Shown: positions 23,228 through 35,787, counted from the first letter of the whole stretch. The stretch: DNA of 62,998 nucleotides, filler included, from Olpidium bornovanus S191 (GCA_017911155.1; 30 parts of 30 records of this genome joined end to end with filler, not necessarily neighbours in it); one strand, 5' to 3'. Numbers and translations are program-made. The notes: generated by a model from the letters alone, not told the origin.

Positions 23228-24304
23228 ATCTGAATCTAGCCAGAGTCCGGGGACCGAAAACGACTGTATCAAGTCAGCTCCGGCCACCAGCATGATCCTG
23301 ATGGGATGTCGGCGGCCTGGAAACAGCGCGGTGGTGGAGAACCGTGGTTTCCCACGAAACGTCGCTTCAATGCGCTCCCATATACGCCCCCGTCGTGTCG
23401 CGCCCAGCGCGCGCGCGGACCACTCGAGGGACGATTTTGCCCGACGTGCTTTTCCCACCGTCCAGGTCCCGGATCCCCCCCTCCGCGTTCAGCTCGGCGT
23501 CGAAGTGGTCGAGAACCAGCGCGCTCCGCACGAACTCCGGGTTGGAGCACTCCCACTCGTCGACCATGAGCCAGGGCGACGACTCGACGGCCAGGGTGCA
23601 CATGCGCGCGCGGTGGGCCGCGGCCTCGAGCCCCTTCTTTTTGTACCCGTCCGAAACGGGAGAGATGTACCCCCCGATCACCTCGAAACCGGTGTTCTCG
23701 CGGACGTAATCCCTCGCGATCTCTGCAGGCGCGCTCGAGCGGTGGGTGCAGGTCGGTTCAGCAGAATGGAACCGAGGGGAACCGGGAACTTCGTAGTCCC
23801 CCGAGGGTCGGCCTGTCGCGGGAGCGGCCGCCGCCGGTGAGGGGCGGTGCGTCTTACGCACCGAGGTTTCGCAGGTGGAGGTACGTGACCGGCGAGTACG
23901 AGCCGCAGGCGACGACGACGAGAGGCGTTTTGGCCGGGTCTGGTTGGCGCACAATGTGCGAGAAAAACGCGTTCCAAACGCCTCACCCGCTCCCCAAAAC
24001 CCCCCGCCCGCGCGCAGCGACGGAGAATCGCGCGGAAAAGTGGGGGTAGGAGAGGGGGGTAGAGGGGGACGCGGAGAAAAAAGGCCCTTGCGGTGAGCGT
24101 GGATCGCGATTGCAGTGCTCGCCGCGAACGCTAAAAAGTCGCGGCGCCGTCGAAAGGGGGATAAGGGAGGAGGTGGGCGGGTTCAGGGCGAAGCGGCAGC
24201 CCCGCCGTTTGCCGACGGCCGGGTTCCCCGGACCCACCGTTGATCGTCTTGGCCAACTTGTCCGTCGGGAAGCGGTAGCACGAGCCGGCCGGCTGAGCCT
24301 GCAT
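23228..24304 (-). CDS. NMA1: Nicotinamide mononucleotide adenylyltransferase (3' partial)
   Basis: YRFPTDKL / LVVVACGSYSPVTYLHLRNL / GGYISPVSDGYKKKGL...HRARMC...WLMVDEWE / IMLVAGADLIQSFSVPGLW, the NMNAT motifs. Confidence 0.95.
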
Positions 24305-26023
24305 GGCGGGGTTATGTCGGCCGCGAAAAAAGCTATTCCCTTTTTTTTCTTTTCTTTTCTTTTTGGTTTTAGCCGGGTCGCGTCGACTTCTGGTTGTGGA
24401 CCGGTTTTTGCCAGGCGGGGGAGAGGCGAGACGGGGAATATACGGGGGCCCTACGACCCTCGCGAGACCTTCGACGTCTGCTGCCACGCCAAACGCTGCG
24501 GTTTGCGCGACCGGGCGATGTAACAAGCGTTTGTTCGTACTACGCTCGCGCGTGATCTAGAGGACGAGCGAGGACCCGGACAGTCTGTGCAGNNNNNNNN
24601 NNNNNNNNNNNNNNNNNNNNNNNNNNNNNNNNNNNNTTAATTAATTAANNNNNNNNNNNNNNNNNNNNNNNNNNNNNNNNNNNNNNNNNNNNGAAAGAGA
24701 CAACCCCGGGACCCGTCAAATAACCATTCGGCATCACGTCGTCAGGAAACGCAGCTGCTGACGGCGAGCTGGAACCACGCCGTGCCCCGACAGCGAAGGA
24801 CACGGCCAACATGTTCGCAAAGGCACCACCGTCACCCCACTTCGCGGCGTGCAAAGATGAAGTCGGCATGACAAGAACGACGGAATGAATTACACTCATT
24901 CGCACACAATGTTCTGTTTTTCCACTCTTTCTGTTTGTTTATCTCTCTTCCTTTCACCTATTTTTCTTTATGCCATAATTTCTATAAGTTCTACAAATTG
25001 AATTAGTTTTGGCACTGTAATTAGTAGAAATGCATCCCGTTATTTTTTTTTCTCTCTCGTCTCGTGATCGCATATTGTACACCACTCCTGGTTAATCCAA
25101 TTTCCCTTGTTTGATTGAGAGGGGGAGCGAGAGTTGCAGAATCACCGAACAAATTTGGGGGCATCCCCTTTCCCCGTGTTCGCCCTTCTTTCCCTTTTCC
25201 TTCCCCCCGGCGAAGGAAACCAAAATAAAGACGAACAGCGAGCTCCCGTCAGAAGTCGTTCTTCCACAAATTCTTGCCCGTCTAACGCCTGCCTGTGATC
25301 CTCTGGCTTGTGAAGGCCCCCGCCAACCGCTGCAAAGCCGGTTCCCTCTCCTTTCGCACAAAACTCGACGGCTAACGCTGTAAGTATTCGGCCACCCGTT
25401 CGGCGGGAATATTGCCATTCGTGGTGGAAAGAGAGGGGGAGGAGGAGAAGAACCAGATGAGGAAGTTAGTGTGGTTGTGGAAGTCCTGGAGGTACGTGAG
25501 GTAGCTGTGGCACCCCAACCATTTTCCCACCATTTTCCCTACCCAAGCTTTCTTTGATTTTTTTTTTTTGGTGCTCAGGGAACACTGTATTATCGTACTC
25601 CCAAGCCATCTCCGCACGCGGGCACCCAGTCCAAATACTTACGCGCATACAACGGGGCCATACGGTTCCACAGTACACTGGGAACGGCCAACAATGATAG
25701 AAACAGTTAGTAACATTTGCTTGGCATGGACGAGTTCTGCGCGCGTCTCAAGCAGGAGGACTCGGAATACAGTCTGCTCGGTCTGTACGTTTTGAAAGAA
25801 CAGTCTGACGCCGCGGTGCGTCCTCAATAAGCAAAGAGCATCATGGGTTGACGGTTCTTCTGCACTAGGCTGATGTCTGAAGGAAATGTCGGTTACAAGG
25901 GCCCAACCCCCCCCCCCCCCCTGAGCCACCACAAAACACCCCGCGGCACACGCCACACGCACACAGACGCAGGCACTTACACACACGCATGCCCAGGCGA
26001 AACGGCGGCCGAAGCACGCGGCA

Positions 26024-28457
26024 ATGACGACGACCACGACCGGCAAAGAACCGGCCGCTGCCGCTGCCGCGCTCCGGCAGCTAACCCGCCCAAGGCACTC
26101 TGCCGCCCACGCGGACGTCCAGGCTAAACCACGCCACACCCGGTCGTTCGCGAGCCCCTCGGAGATCGTGGACGCGCTCAAGTCCGACAACGCGGAGGCC
26201 CTGTACCAGGCGCTGGCGCAGCTGCGGAGGCAGCTGCGGAACGCGGGCGACGACGCGGCGGGCGCCGCGACCGTGGACGACGGCCGCCGTGTCGTCATCA
26301 AGTATCTGGAGCAGTCGAAAAACTGCGACGAGCTGTTCGGCGTCTGGCTGTTCCAGCGTAAAGTGCGTTGGTTTTTTGTTTCGTACCCCTCCCTTTCCAG
26401 ACCCGCGACCGACCGCGCTGAACAAGCGACTTGCGTGTATGCCCGCGACAGGGAAACGTCAACCGCCTGGAGGTCATCATTCTGGACGTGTTCACTCGCG
26501 TGCTTCGTGAGGCAAACAACGTCCTCACGAAAAGCACGGGCCTGGCCGTTGCGAAAAAGATATCCTTTTCCTGCTGGCTGTTTGCGCGGTTTTGCGCTGA
26601 ACTTGTGGGCGGGGCGCACTTTTTTATTTTTTTGAAAAGGGCTGGCAGCTACGGGAGAACGCGCGGACGGGACTGTTTCAATTACCCGTGACCATTGCCC
26701 TGCGGTGCACACATCATTAGAAGTTTTCTCTCAACCATCTATCGCAACCTTTCTTCCGGGAATGTTGCACTATGTCAAGCAACCCTCCGTCTCTTGACTG
26801 CTGTCGTTGCGCACGGCGGCAGCGTCGTGCGTGAACTGAAGGAAAATTTCAACTTTGGAATAAAAGTGGGTTTCTTGCGCGTGGGCAACGTTTCCCTTCC
26901 CCCCTCCAACCCCCCACCCCCACCCCCTCCCCGCCTATTCTCGGCTTTTTACTTTTGTTCACCTGCACGACTTGACGTCTTTTTTTTTGTTCCGGCAGGC
27001 TATGCATAAGCTGGCTAGCATTCGGCGAAAGCCTAATCAAGCTGACGCAGGAAGTCAGGGCGTAAAAGCTCATGGCGTCGGTTCGTTTACCTTGCGTGTT
27101 CATTGCTGGTACAATCGGGTTCGTGGCAACGTACGGGTTCACAGCGGTTTGACGCCAATGCAGACACCCGAACGTTGTATGTACAGTTTGTCCTGTCGTT
27201 TTTCAGATATGGCGACGCTGCCGTCAAGAAAGACATTTTAGAAGTGAAGGATTTAGTTAGCAGCATTTTTAAAGGGCTTCACCAGGACGATTATGAAGTA
27301 TGCCTGACGGCTTTTTAATATTACGTGGAAAAAGACTTGAACTCGCTAATGACATTTTGTTAGCTAGTGGACGAGGTTCTCTCCGTCTTCAAGAACCATC
27401 TGCTTCTTGATGTCGGAATAAGTCGCTTTGTCAAGGAATCGTTCTTCGGCGCGTATGTCCTAGAGAATGTACGTGGGGGTCAGGTAGAGCCACATGACAA
27501 CCAAAAAGTACCTTGTTGAAACTTAGTTTTTTCCAGGTTGCACGGCTGTATCCTCGACGAGAAACGGTGGAGTCAAAAACGTTCACGTCGATTGCAGCTT
27601 TGGCCCACGACTTTCTGGTTTTCGTTTGCTGCACGCCGGACGTGGGGGTATGGGTCCAGGATTCCGGCTGGTACACAGCGCAGCCGGCGTTGGGGTTGTC
27701 GGAAAACAAAACTCCACATGTCGGCCGGAACAACCACGTGCACAATCGCACTTTGGCAAAGTTCCTGCAGTGTCTGAGACCTACGGACGACGTCCTACAG
27801 CAGGAGCTGGTGCTAGCCATCCTGCAAGCCTGTCCAGAGCTATACCAGGTTTACTGGCAATCTTCGTCGCTATCCTTCGAACCGCGACTTTCGGCGAAGT
27901 GGCTCGCGAACATGGGTTTCTTCCAGCGTGCGGCGGCTTTGCCTGTTCCGTCGTTTGCGCTGCCGGGCCCCGACGGGTCCGCGCCCGTGTACCCGCTGCT
28001 GCCTCCGCCCGTGAGCGTCGCCGCAGACAACGTATTCCCGCCTGTTGTCCAGAGGAGAGTGCTCGGCAAAGGTCTTCAACACACCAGCTCGCTGGTGCGC
28101 CACGTAACCGCAGGCGCAGTCGCGACTGCCTTGAGGAGGCTCAGCTTGGTGTTGAGGCAGCTGAGAACTGTGGCGGACTCGTTTGCGGACGGGGAAGACG
28201 GCGACAGCTTGAAGAGCGCGGCGGAGGGACAGGCAAAGTGGAAGAAAGCGGCTGCGCTCGTTGCCGACGAGGTGCGCCGGCGCGCGCCCGACGCTCAGAT
28301 CCTGCTTGCGATGCAGCACTCCGTGATCGAGGAGGAGAAGAAGAACGGAGCCGGTCAAGGAGTCGACGGCAAGGATGACTACTCGAACAGCTCCGTTGGC
28401 ATGCTTCACGAGGACGTGCTACGGCTGATCAAGCATTACCTGGAAGTGCTGCCGGAG
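26024..28457 (+). CDS. URB1: Nucleolar pre-ribosomal-associated protein 1 (Npa1/URB1), 5' part, multi-exon
   Basis: Npa1-domain-like segments TIYRNLSS...LRLLTAVV, DTRTLYVQFVLSFF, IFKGLHQD, LAHDFLVFVCCTPDVGV, NRTLAKFLQCLRPTDDVLQQELVLAILQACPEL and FEPRLSAKWLANM. Confidence 0.9.
26560..26712 (+). other. U12-type AT-AC intron (153 nt) in URB1
   Basis: 5' end ATATCCTTTT, 3' end GCACAC, branch-like CCGTGAC at 26686-26692. Removing it joins ...GLAVAKK to IIRSFLSTIYRNL... in frame. Confidence 0.85.
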
Positions 28458-28758
28458 GTATGTGACGGAGCCGAGAGCGACGTATGCGGAAGAGTATGGC
28501 TTGGGGGTTAGATTTTGANNNNNNNNNNNNNNNNNNNNNNNNNNNNNNNNNNNNNNNNNNNNTTAATTAATTAANNNNNNNNNNNNNNNNNNNNNNNNNN
28601 NNNNNNNNNNNNNNNNNNGGTGCGTGGGGAGGAGGGTCAACGGGCGCAGTGCACGGGTCTTCCTGGCCAGCGGCTAAAGCGGTGAGCCGGGCTCGGAGAG
28701 ACGCCGCAGCACTCTCAATCGAAGCGGTCATTCGATGCGTATGCAAGATATAATTTTC

Positions 28759-29049
28759 GATCGGCGTCAGGCGGAGAACAAGAAGTTTATTTGACCCTTG
28801 AATCTGCCACGGTTTACGAACGGCAAGTGGAATGCGTAAGCGTTCGTGAAATGCGCAATCGACGAGAAGTGGTTCAGCACAAACGCGCGAACGGCGAAGA
28901 CGAGGCGGTAGGGAAAGAACAGCGTTGTAGCCCTCGGGCAAACCCAAGGCGAGCTCTGTATCGAAAACGGTGTCGAAGCGAAGCGTCGTGGTGCGACCAG
29001 CTTGTTGAACGATGAAGAACTCCAAGGCGTGGTGCCCAGCGATGATCAA
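28759..29049 (-). pseudogene. Degenerate dUTPase-fold ORF
   Basis: DTELALGLPEGYNAVLSLPPRLRRSRVCAEPLLVDCAFHERLRIPLAVRKPWQIQGSNKLLVLRLTPI keeps the spacing of trimeric dUTPases (T...alP.Gy; vD..(Y/F); (F/W).I....(R/K)(I/L)..L) but not the RSG, DxDYxG or QL catalytic motifs. There is an in-frame stop upstream. Confidence 0.4.
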
Positions 29050-29869
29050 TGGAGCGGTTGATGTAAGGCGACGGTATCGAAGAGCGGGCGAGGAAGAAGA
29101 GAGCGGGGTAACGGTGCAATTAGCATTATTGTCGGTGGAGGTCTCATCGTTTCAATCGGTTGCCATTGAAGGAAAAGACATGGGCGGAGCGAGATCGATC
29201 TGCTCAAGGCCAGCGGACGAAAGGAGAGCGTTAATTTCGTCGAGTGGTAAGTCTTTGTTATTAAAAGGGGCAACTATCGAACGACGAGTTGGCCAGCGCC
29301 GACCGCAGGGGCATGGGCGATGGCTTCTTCGCCGAGGCGGGTGCGACGAGAGCGCGTATGCCAGAGCATGCACCGCGGATCAATACAGTCGTCATCAGCG
29401 GCACAGGTGGCGATCATCCGCAATGAACGGAGCGGTGCGGGCACGCGAGCCGGATCAGCAGCCGGGTGACAAAACCGCTGGAAAACCCTTTGGCGATGCG
29501 TGGGGGGGGGGGCGGGGGCGGGATTTGGCAACCGATTTCAGACGTTTCCGTCGAGTCCCGTGGAAAAAGAAACGAAAAGAACTTGGCCTTCTGTTTGACC
29601 CCAAGCCTTTCATTTACGTATTTATTTTTTGCCCCCAGAGAAAAACTGTTACGGTATCGTTATGTATGGGGATAGAGAGAGAGGATGTCTGTCGTGAAGC
29701 CAAACTGTGTGGGGCGCCTACGGCCTATAAAAAAAATGAAAAAAATAAAGGGTTTTTTGCAAAACCAGGCGTTTTAACGCGGGAGGGGGGGGGGGGGGGG
29801 GGTGGGGGGGGGGGGGGGGGGGGGGGGGGTTAGTGGTCAAGCGCGGTTGAAAGAAAAGCGTAAACTCGT

Positions 29870-30779
29870 TCAGGATTCGGAGGTCGGCTCCGGGGCCGGA
29901 TCGGAGGAAGGGTCGGCGGAGGGCTCGGGGGTCGGCTCGGCGGAGGGTTCCGGGGTAGGCTCGGCGGAGGGCTCGGGTGTCGGCTCGGCGGAGGATTCGG
30001 GGGTCGGCTCGAAGGGGGGCTCGGGGCTCGGCTCTGCGGAGGGCTCGGGGCTCGGCTCGGCGGAGGGCTCGGGAATCGGCTCGTCGGTGGGCCTGGCTGT
30101 GGGCTCCGGCGGCGGGTCGTTGGCGGCGGCTGACGGGGCGGATCCGCCGCCGGAGTTTCCGCCGCCGGCGCTGTTGCCCTCGCCGCCGTTGAACAGCAGG
30201 GCGTTGGGGCTGTCGGGGCCGAGGCCGGCGAGGACGTTCACGGTGGCGGTCTGGGTGATGATGTGGGCGATTTGGGCCGGAGAGAAGTCACCGGCGGAGG
30301 CGATGAGCGCGGCGACGCCGGCGACGTGCGGGGAGGCCATGGAGGTGCCGGAGATTGTCTGGCGGTCGGAGTCGCCCGAGTTCCAGGCGGAGGCGATCTG
30401 CATGCCCGGGGCGTAGACGTCGACGCAGGAGCCGTGGTTCGAGAACGGCGCCTCGCCGTCCGCGTCCGTGGACGCGCCGACCGTGACGGCGGCCGGGACG
30501 CGCGCCGGCGAGTACCGGCATGCGTCAGCGTGGTCGTTCCCGGCGGCCACGACGAACGTGACGCCGGCGCCGATCGCGCTCGCGACGGCGGCGTCCAGCG
30601 CGTCGTCCGCGCCGCCCCCGAGGGACATGTTGACGAGGGCCTTCTTCCCCGGCGCGTCCCGGACGACGAACTCGATCCCGGACATGATGTCCTGCGTGGT
30701 GCACGCGCCTTTCCCCGAGCAGACCTTGACGGCCACGATCTCCGCTTTCTTGGCGACGCCGAAGTCCTTTCCGGCGATG
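29870..30779 (-). CDS. Subtilisin-like (S8A, proteinase K type) serine protease, last exon, with Pro/Ser/Glu/Thr tail
   Basis: FGVAKKAEIVAVKV, VNMSLGG, VVAAGND, SPARVPAAVTVGA, VDVYAPG and catalytic-Ser motif SGTSMASPHVAG. Confidence 0.97.
29875..30086 (-). repeat. 24-bp coding repeat encoding (PSAEP[T/S]PE)n
   Basis: About 8 imperfect copies at the protease C-terminus. Confidence 0.9.
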
Positions 30780-30945
30780 CTGGTAATTTTGAATGTTTTT
30801 TTTTTTGGTCGTCAGACTCGGTAAAGAGTTTCGAAAAAAAAAAAANNNNNNNNNNNNNNNNNNNNNNNNNNNNNNNNNNNNNNNNNNNNTTAATTAATTA
30901 ANNNNNNNNNNNNNNNNNNNNNNNNNNNNNNNNNNNNNNNNNNNN

Positions 30946-31412
30946 CATGTTTGCGTTTTACCTTTTCGTGTACAAACTCGAACCCGGCGACAAGAAACTT
31001 AGTAAGTTTTATCTGCCCTCGGGAAGAAAAGAAAAAAAAGGGCCAAAGGGAAAGGGAGGGGGAAGTGGGGGAGGGGGATGGGAGGGAAGAGGTACGAGTG
31101 CTTGCGGGATTCTCGCTCGTCCTTTACTCTCTCTTTCTCATTTTCCGTTTTTTTCTTTTCTTTCTTTTTTTTTTTTTTTTGCGCGCACTTGTCAACCAAC
31201 CCATCCTCCTCCCACGCGTCGTTTCGAACACAGAGCCTGCCTTCAAACCCTCATTTTGGACCCCGCGTGTTTACAGCGGATATCAAGAGAAGTTCAGCAA
31301 GTATGCCAAAGGGAAGGAGCAACCGCTGCGAGTCCTCGATACGCGCACGCTCTGGGTAACCAAGAAGGCGGCGGAGAGCGTAGCGCGTAAAAAAGAGACC
31401 AAAGAGGATTGA
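30946..31412 (+). CDS. Unidentified spliced protein, 3' end (exons 30946-31001, 31234-31412)
   Basis: A GTAAGT...CAG intron gives the in-frame MFAFYLFVYKLEPGDKKLKPAFKPSFWTPRVYSGYQEKFSKYAKGKEQPLRVLDTRTLW...*. Family not recognised. Confidence 0.55.
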
Positions 31413-32082
31413 TTCTGCGGAGGAAGGCGGAAAAACAGCCATCTCGGCTTGGCAAATTCCTCTCCGCGACTCTCACCCCCGCACGCCCCTCTTCCTGCTC
31501 TCATCTCACCTCCACGTTCCCGCTCTGTTTCTCCCCGTGTCGGGGGCGCGAGATTTGCGACTTCTTGGGCAGATTATTTTTTTCATTCGCGACCGCCACC
31601 TGACGGGCGGGGCGAGCGGGATCCCGTCCCCCGCTGGACTTCCAGAATTTCGTCGTTTTCGCACTTTGGCTTTTTGCGGCCGTTTTACCTCGAACTGTTG
31701 GTATCACAGAGGGGGAAGCAAACGGGACCGTCCGCAGGCTTTATCCGAGATTCCAGCTGCCTTGGTTGACCGGCGTTTTACCTGCAGCGCTGACACGAAA
31801 AGTTCCGCTGTCGGTGTCGGTGTGGCCGGTTCAGTACTCTCAGTTGGGGCTGGTTTTTTTTTATTTTCCGCTTGCCGCGGAGTGAGAGATGTTACTGCGT
31901 ACCCGCACGCACGCGTGCGCGGCGGAGGGGGAGGGGGGAGAGGGGATGGGGGGGGGAGGCGGAGGGGCGGGGGGGCCTCTCGCCTCCCTCCCCCGCAAAG
32001 ACACAAGAAACACGCGCGCACTCTATTCACTCACGCACACGCTTTCATGCGCTCCGCTGCTGCGTCTTCTCCCTCTTTTTTC

Positions 32083-32083
32083 C

Positions 32084-32158
<75 letters not shown>

Positions 32159-32218
32159 CCCCCCTCTCCCCCTCTCTCCCTCTCTTTCTCTTCTCTCTCT
32201 CTTCCTCTCTCTCTCTCC
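32083..32218. repeat. (CT)n microsatellite / pyrimidine tract
   Basis: Direct reading of the sequence. Confidence 0.95.
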
Positions 32219-32885
32219 CGACCGACCGACAGAGAAATCGCGCCTTTCGCCCGCCAAACTCCCCGCCAACNNNNNNNNNNNNNNNNNNNNNNNNNNNNNN
32301 NNNNNNNNNNNNNNTTAATTAATTAANNNNNNNNNNNNNNNNNNNNNNNNNNNNNNNNNNNNNNNNNNNNGGGCGCCCCCCCTGGGGGAGGCGCCCCCCG
32401 GCGGCCCTTGCCCCGCGTCCCGGTGGCAGCGTATTCCCACCCCCCCCCCCCCCCCCCCCCCCTCCCCTCCCCCTTTCCGTCCCCCATCCCTTACTCTTTT
32501 GCCCGTGCTCTCTGGGTCCAGCAGAAGCCGCCCGGTCGCAACAGCCCTCCGACGTTCGCCAGGCGATTTTCTCGTCTGAATGCATGTGTTGCGGGCGGCT
32601 CTCTGTTGTCCGCCCCAGTCCGCTCGACCGCGTTGCCCACGCTGTCGGTGTAACGCCTTTTGCCCTTACCCTTCCGCTTTTCCATTGCCGCCTACAGTTG
32701 GAAAAAACAGAAGAAGATTTCGGGCCACCCCTGCCCGAAGGGCCGTGATTTGTGGCGTTGCTTTTGAGTTTGGCATACCCTGTCACCCCCCATCCCTCCC
32801 TGTTTCCTTGGAATCGAAGTGAAGGAGCTAAGCCCGGCGGATTTCAAACATTGGATTGAGGAATTTCAAGCAGCGAGCCGACAAT

Positions 32886-33728
32886 ATGACCAGCAACTCG
32901 ATTAAAATATTTGCGGGTAACTCCCATCCCGAACTTGGGAGGCTCGTTGCAAGGTAAGAAGTGGAGATTTGCCACCCTTACGACGGAACTTGCCGCCGGG
33001 AGAGAATGTGAGCTTGTGCGGTCGCGTCGCTGGAACGCCAAGACCGACATGGAGAGGTTTTGCCTCTCGGCCTCCTGGTTACGCGGGCGCGTTATTCGGC
33101 GGCTTGATTTCCGCTACGGTTCTAGCAGGCTCCGCCCGGCGACGTCCACGAAGCGCCAGGCCTGTGAGGCGCCGCCGCCAGTCACGTATATATTTGCGGC
33201 TCCCCCATCCGGGGGGTCTCCCTCGGTTCTGGGCTGGGCAGGCTGACTCCCTCCTTTTCTCCCCCCTCGTCAACTCGTCGTCGAACAACCCGCTATTTTG
33301 CAGGCACATTGGCCTCGAATTGGGGAAGGTCATCGTCATGAAATATTCGAACCAGGAGACGTCCGTGACGATCGGCGAGTCCGTTCGAGACGAGGACGTG
33401 TTCATAGTGCAGTCCGGATGCGGGGAGATTAACGACAACCTGATGGAGCTCCTGATCATGATCAACGCCTGCAAAACCGCCTCGGCTCGCCGCATAACCG
33501 CGGTTATACCCTGCTTCCCGTACGCGCGGCAAGACAAGAAGGACAAGTCCCGCGCTCCGATATCCGCTAAGCTCGTCGCCAACATGCTCACCGTTGCCGG
33601 TGCCGATCATGTCATCACGATGGACCTGCACGCGAGCCAGATTCAGGGCTTTTTCAATGTTCCTGTCGACAACCTCTACGCCGAGCCGTGCGTGTTGAAG
33701 TACATCCGCGACGAGATTCCGAACTACA
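32886..33728 (+). CDS. PRS: Ribose-phosphate pyrophosphokinase, 5' part (exons 32886-32953, 33304-)
   Basis: [17 protein letters not shown] / [74 protein letters not shown]...[12 protein letters not shown]. Paralog (PRS2/3/4 class) not resolvable. Confidence 0.98.
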
Positions 33729-33828
33729 NNNNNNNNNNNNNNNNNNNNNNNNNNNNNNNNNNNNNNNNNNNNTTAATTAATTAANNNNNNNNNNNNNNNN
33801 NNNNNNNNNNNNNNNNNNNNNNNNNNNN

Positions 33829-34851
33829 CATGACCTTGTTCACATCGAACGAACCGAAGACGCGGCAACCCGACTTCTCCGCAGGATCGCTACCAGTAGC
33901 GTCTTCAAGGCCCGTGGTCGTTTATTAAACGTCGATTTCTCAGCGTGCGTGCGCAAGAGGGCCGCAAACCGTGAACACTCACCGTCATCTTGTTTGGAAG
34001 CCGGGCGTTGAGCGTCTTTTATTAACCGGCGGACGTTGAGCGCATCTTGCGATTCTTGCCTGACAGGGTGAAAAACCACCGCCGTCAACTAATTTTTTTT
34101 TCCTTCTCCCGATACACCAACCAAGAGGCCATGTCCAGTGACATACCCAAGCGGCCGAGCCTTGCCTCTGGTGAAGTCTGCCTACGAGCCGTGTGCAGCC
34201 ACACACCGCGAGGCGAAAATAAAGAAAGGGAGAAAGTAAGAAAAAAATTATCAGCGGTATTATCGGGTCGGTCCGCTCGATTACTGGGCAAAAGGCGAAT
34301 GTAAGAGCTAAACGATGAACGGAGCACTCACCCGAACCATTTGCACGGCCGTCTTCACGTGCAGGGAAGATCCGCCGACATCCGTTACGTCCACCGTTAT
34401 GTCTACCCGGGCGCACGGAAAGCAGGTGCCGTGGGTAACGTCGTCAAAAGGCGAAGGAAACCCACCCACGTTGCCAGGCCGCCCTCTCCCCAGAATCTTT
34501 TTTTTTTTTTTTTTGGCGGGGGAACACAGGGCGAACCGATAAAACTCCCGCTGTTCTGCGAGGTGAAAGGGACGCACATTCGCACTTCATGGCGATGGTC
34601 ATGTCGATGTTGACCTGCAGTTTTGAGGCGGCGCTGCTGCTCCCGGTCGACTGGTCGACAAGGAACTCGTACTTCTGCTCAAGGCGCCGGTAGTCGGCGA
34701 ACTCGGACATGGCCAGAACGAGCAGGAAGCCGGAGAGCACGACGGTGAGCAGGCCGCCAGAGGAAGTCCGGGTCTGGTAGGTGGCCTCGGTCTTCGGAAA
34801 AGCGTCGAGCTTGGAAAGCGAGTTCCGTATCCGCCTGTTGAGCGTAGCCAT
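33829..34851 (-). CDS. ERV41: ER-Golgi vesicle protein Erv41/ERGIC2 family, 5' part, multi-exon
   Basis: LSKLDAFPKTE...SSGGLLTVV...QVNIDMTIAMKCE / YITVDVTDVGG / GCRVFGSFDVNKV. ERV46/ERGIC3 is the alternative paralog. Confidence 0.85.
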
Positions 34852-35030
34852 TGCGCTTGTCAGCGCCGCAGCAGAGGTCTCTTGGTTTCGGGAAAGCGGG
34901 GCCCAGAAAGAGCAGCCGGGTGTTAGTTGACTAGGCCGGGGGAGGAGTTGTGAGGGGGCTGGGGGAGGCGCGGAAGTGCGGGGTAAAGCGGGTGGGGAGT
35001 GGGGAAGGGGGTTTCCGCCCCGCCGATCGG

Positions 35031-35065
<35 letters not shown>

Positions 35066-35787
35066 CCCCGGGGGAAGAGACACACACGGGGAGGTAGGGC
35101 TGAAGGTGCGGGGAGCGGGGCGGTGGGCGCAGAGGCAGAAGCGACTCCACTTCCTTCCCAACCCCGGCCGGCCCCTCCCCGAATTGTGTTAATGCTGAGT
35201 TGTGGCCAGCATTAGAAGCAGGCTTCTGATTGAAAAAGCTATGCATCTCATCTGCAATATTGCACAGGCATTTGCTGGGGACTTTGCTGAGCTCGGAAAC
35301 GGGACTTTTTTGACCGGTGCGGAGCCCCGCTCGCCGGCGAGTGTCTCCGCAGATGTCAGCGGCAAGCGACCGGCCCTGTTGGGGACAACCCTCGTTCCGG
35401 CGGCCGCCGGTGTGCAGAGATCGGCGTTAATCTCGCCCAGCGGCGTGTCCGCCGGTCGACGCAACTTCCCCCAGCAAATCCGAGCTTAACATCGAACAGC
35501 TATGTGGAGGACCGCGCGACGGACAGTGCCGGCAGTGCCAGCGAACGTTTTTGGACTTTTCCGTTGCAACGGACTGGACTGCCACGCGGCCGTATCTTGC
35601 AGTCCTCCCCTCGTATCGAAATATTCATCCTCGCGAGGCTTCCAGGGCAATTTAAGTGACACTCGGCAGATGTTGGTTATACACATGNNNNNNNNNNNNN
35701 NNNNNNNNNNNNNNNNNNNNNNNNNNNNNNNTTAATTAATTAANNNNNNNNNNNNNNNNNNNNNNNNNNNNNNNNNNNNNNNNNNNN

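Noticed and set aside
23860-23910. NMNAT motif variant GSYSP...HLRNLE instead of GSF.P...HLRMFE
   Set aside because: The catalytic His and motif spacing are retained, so this is ordinary divergence.
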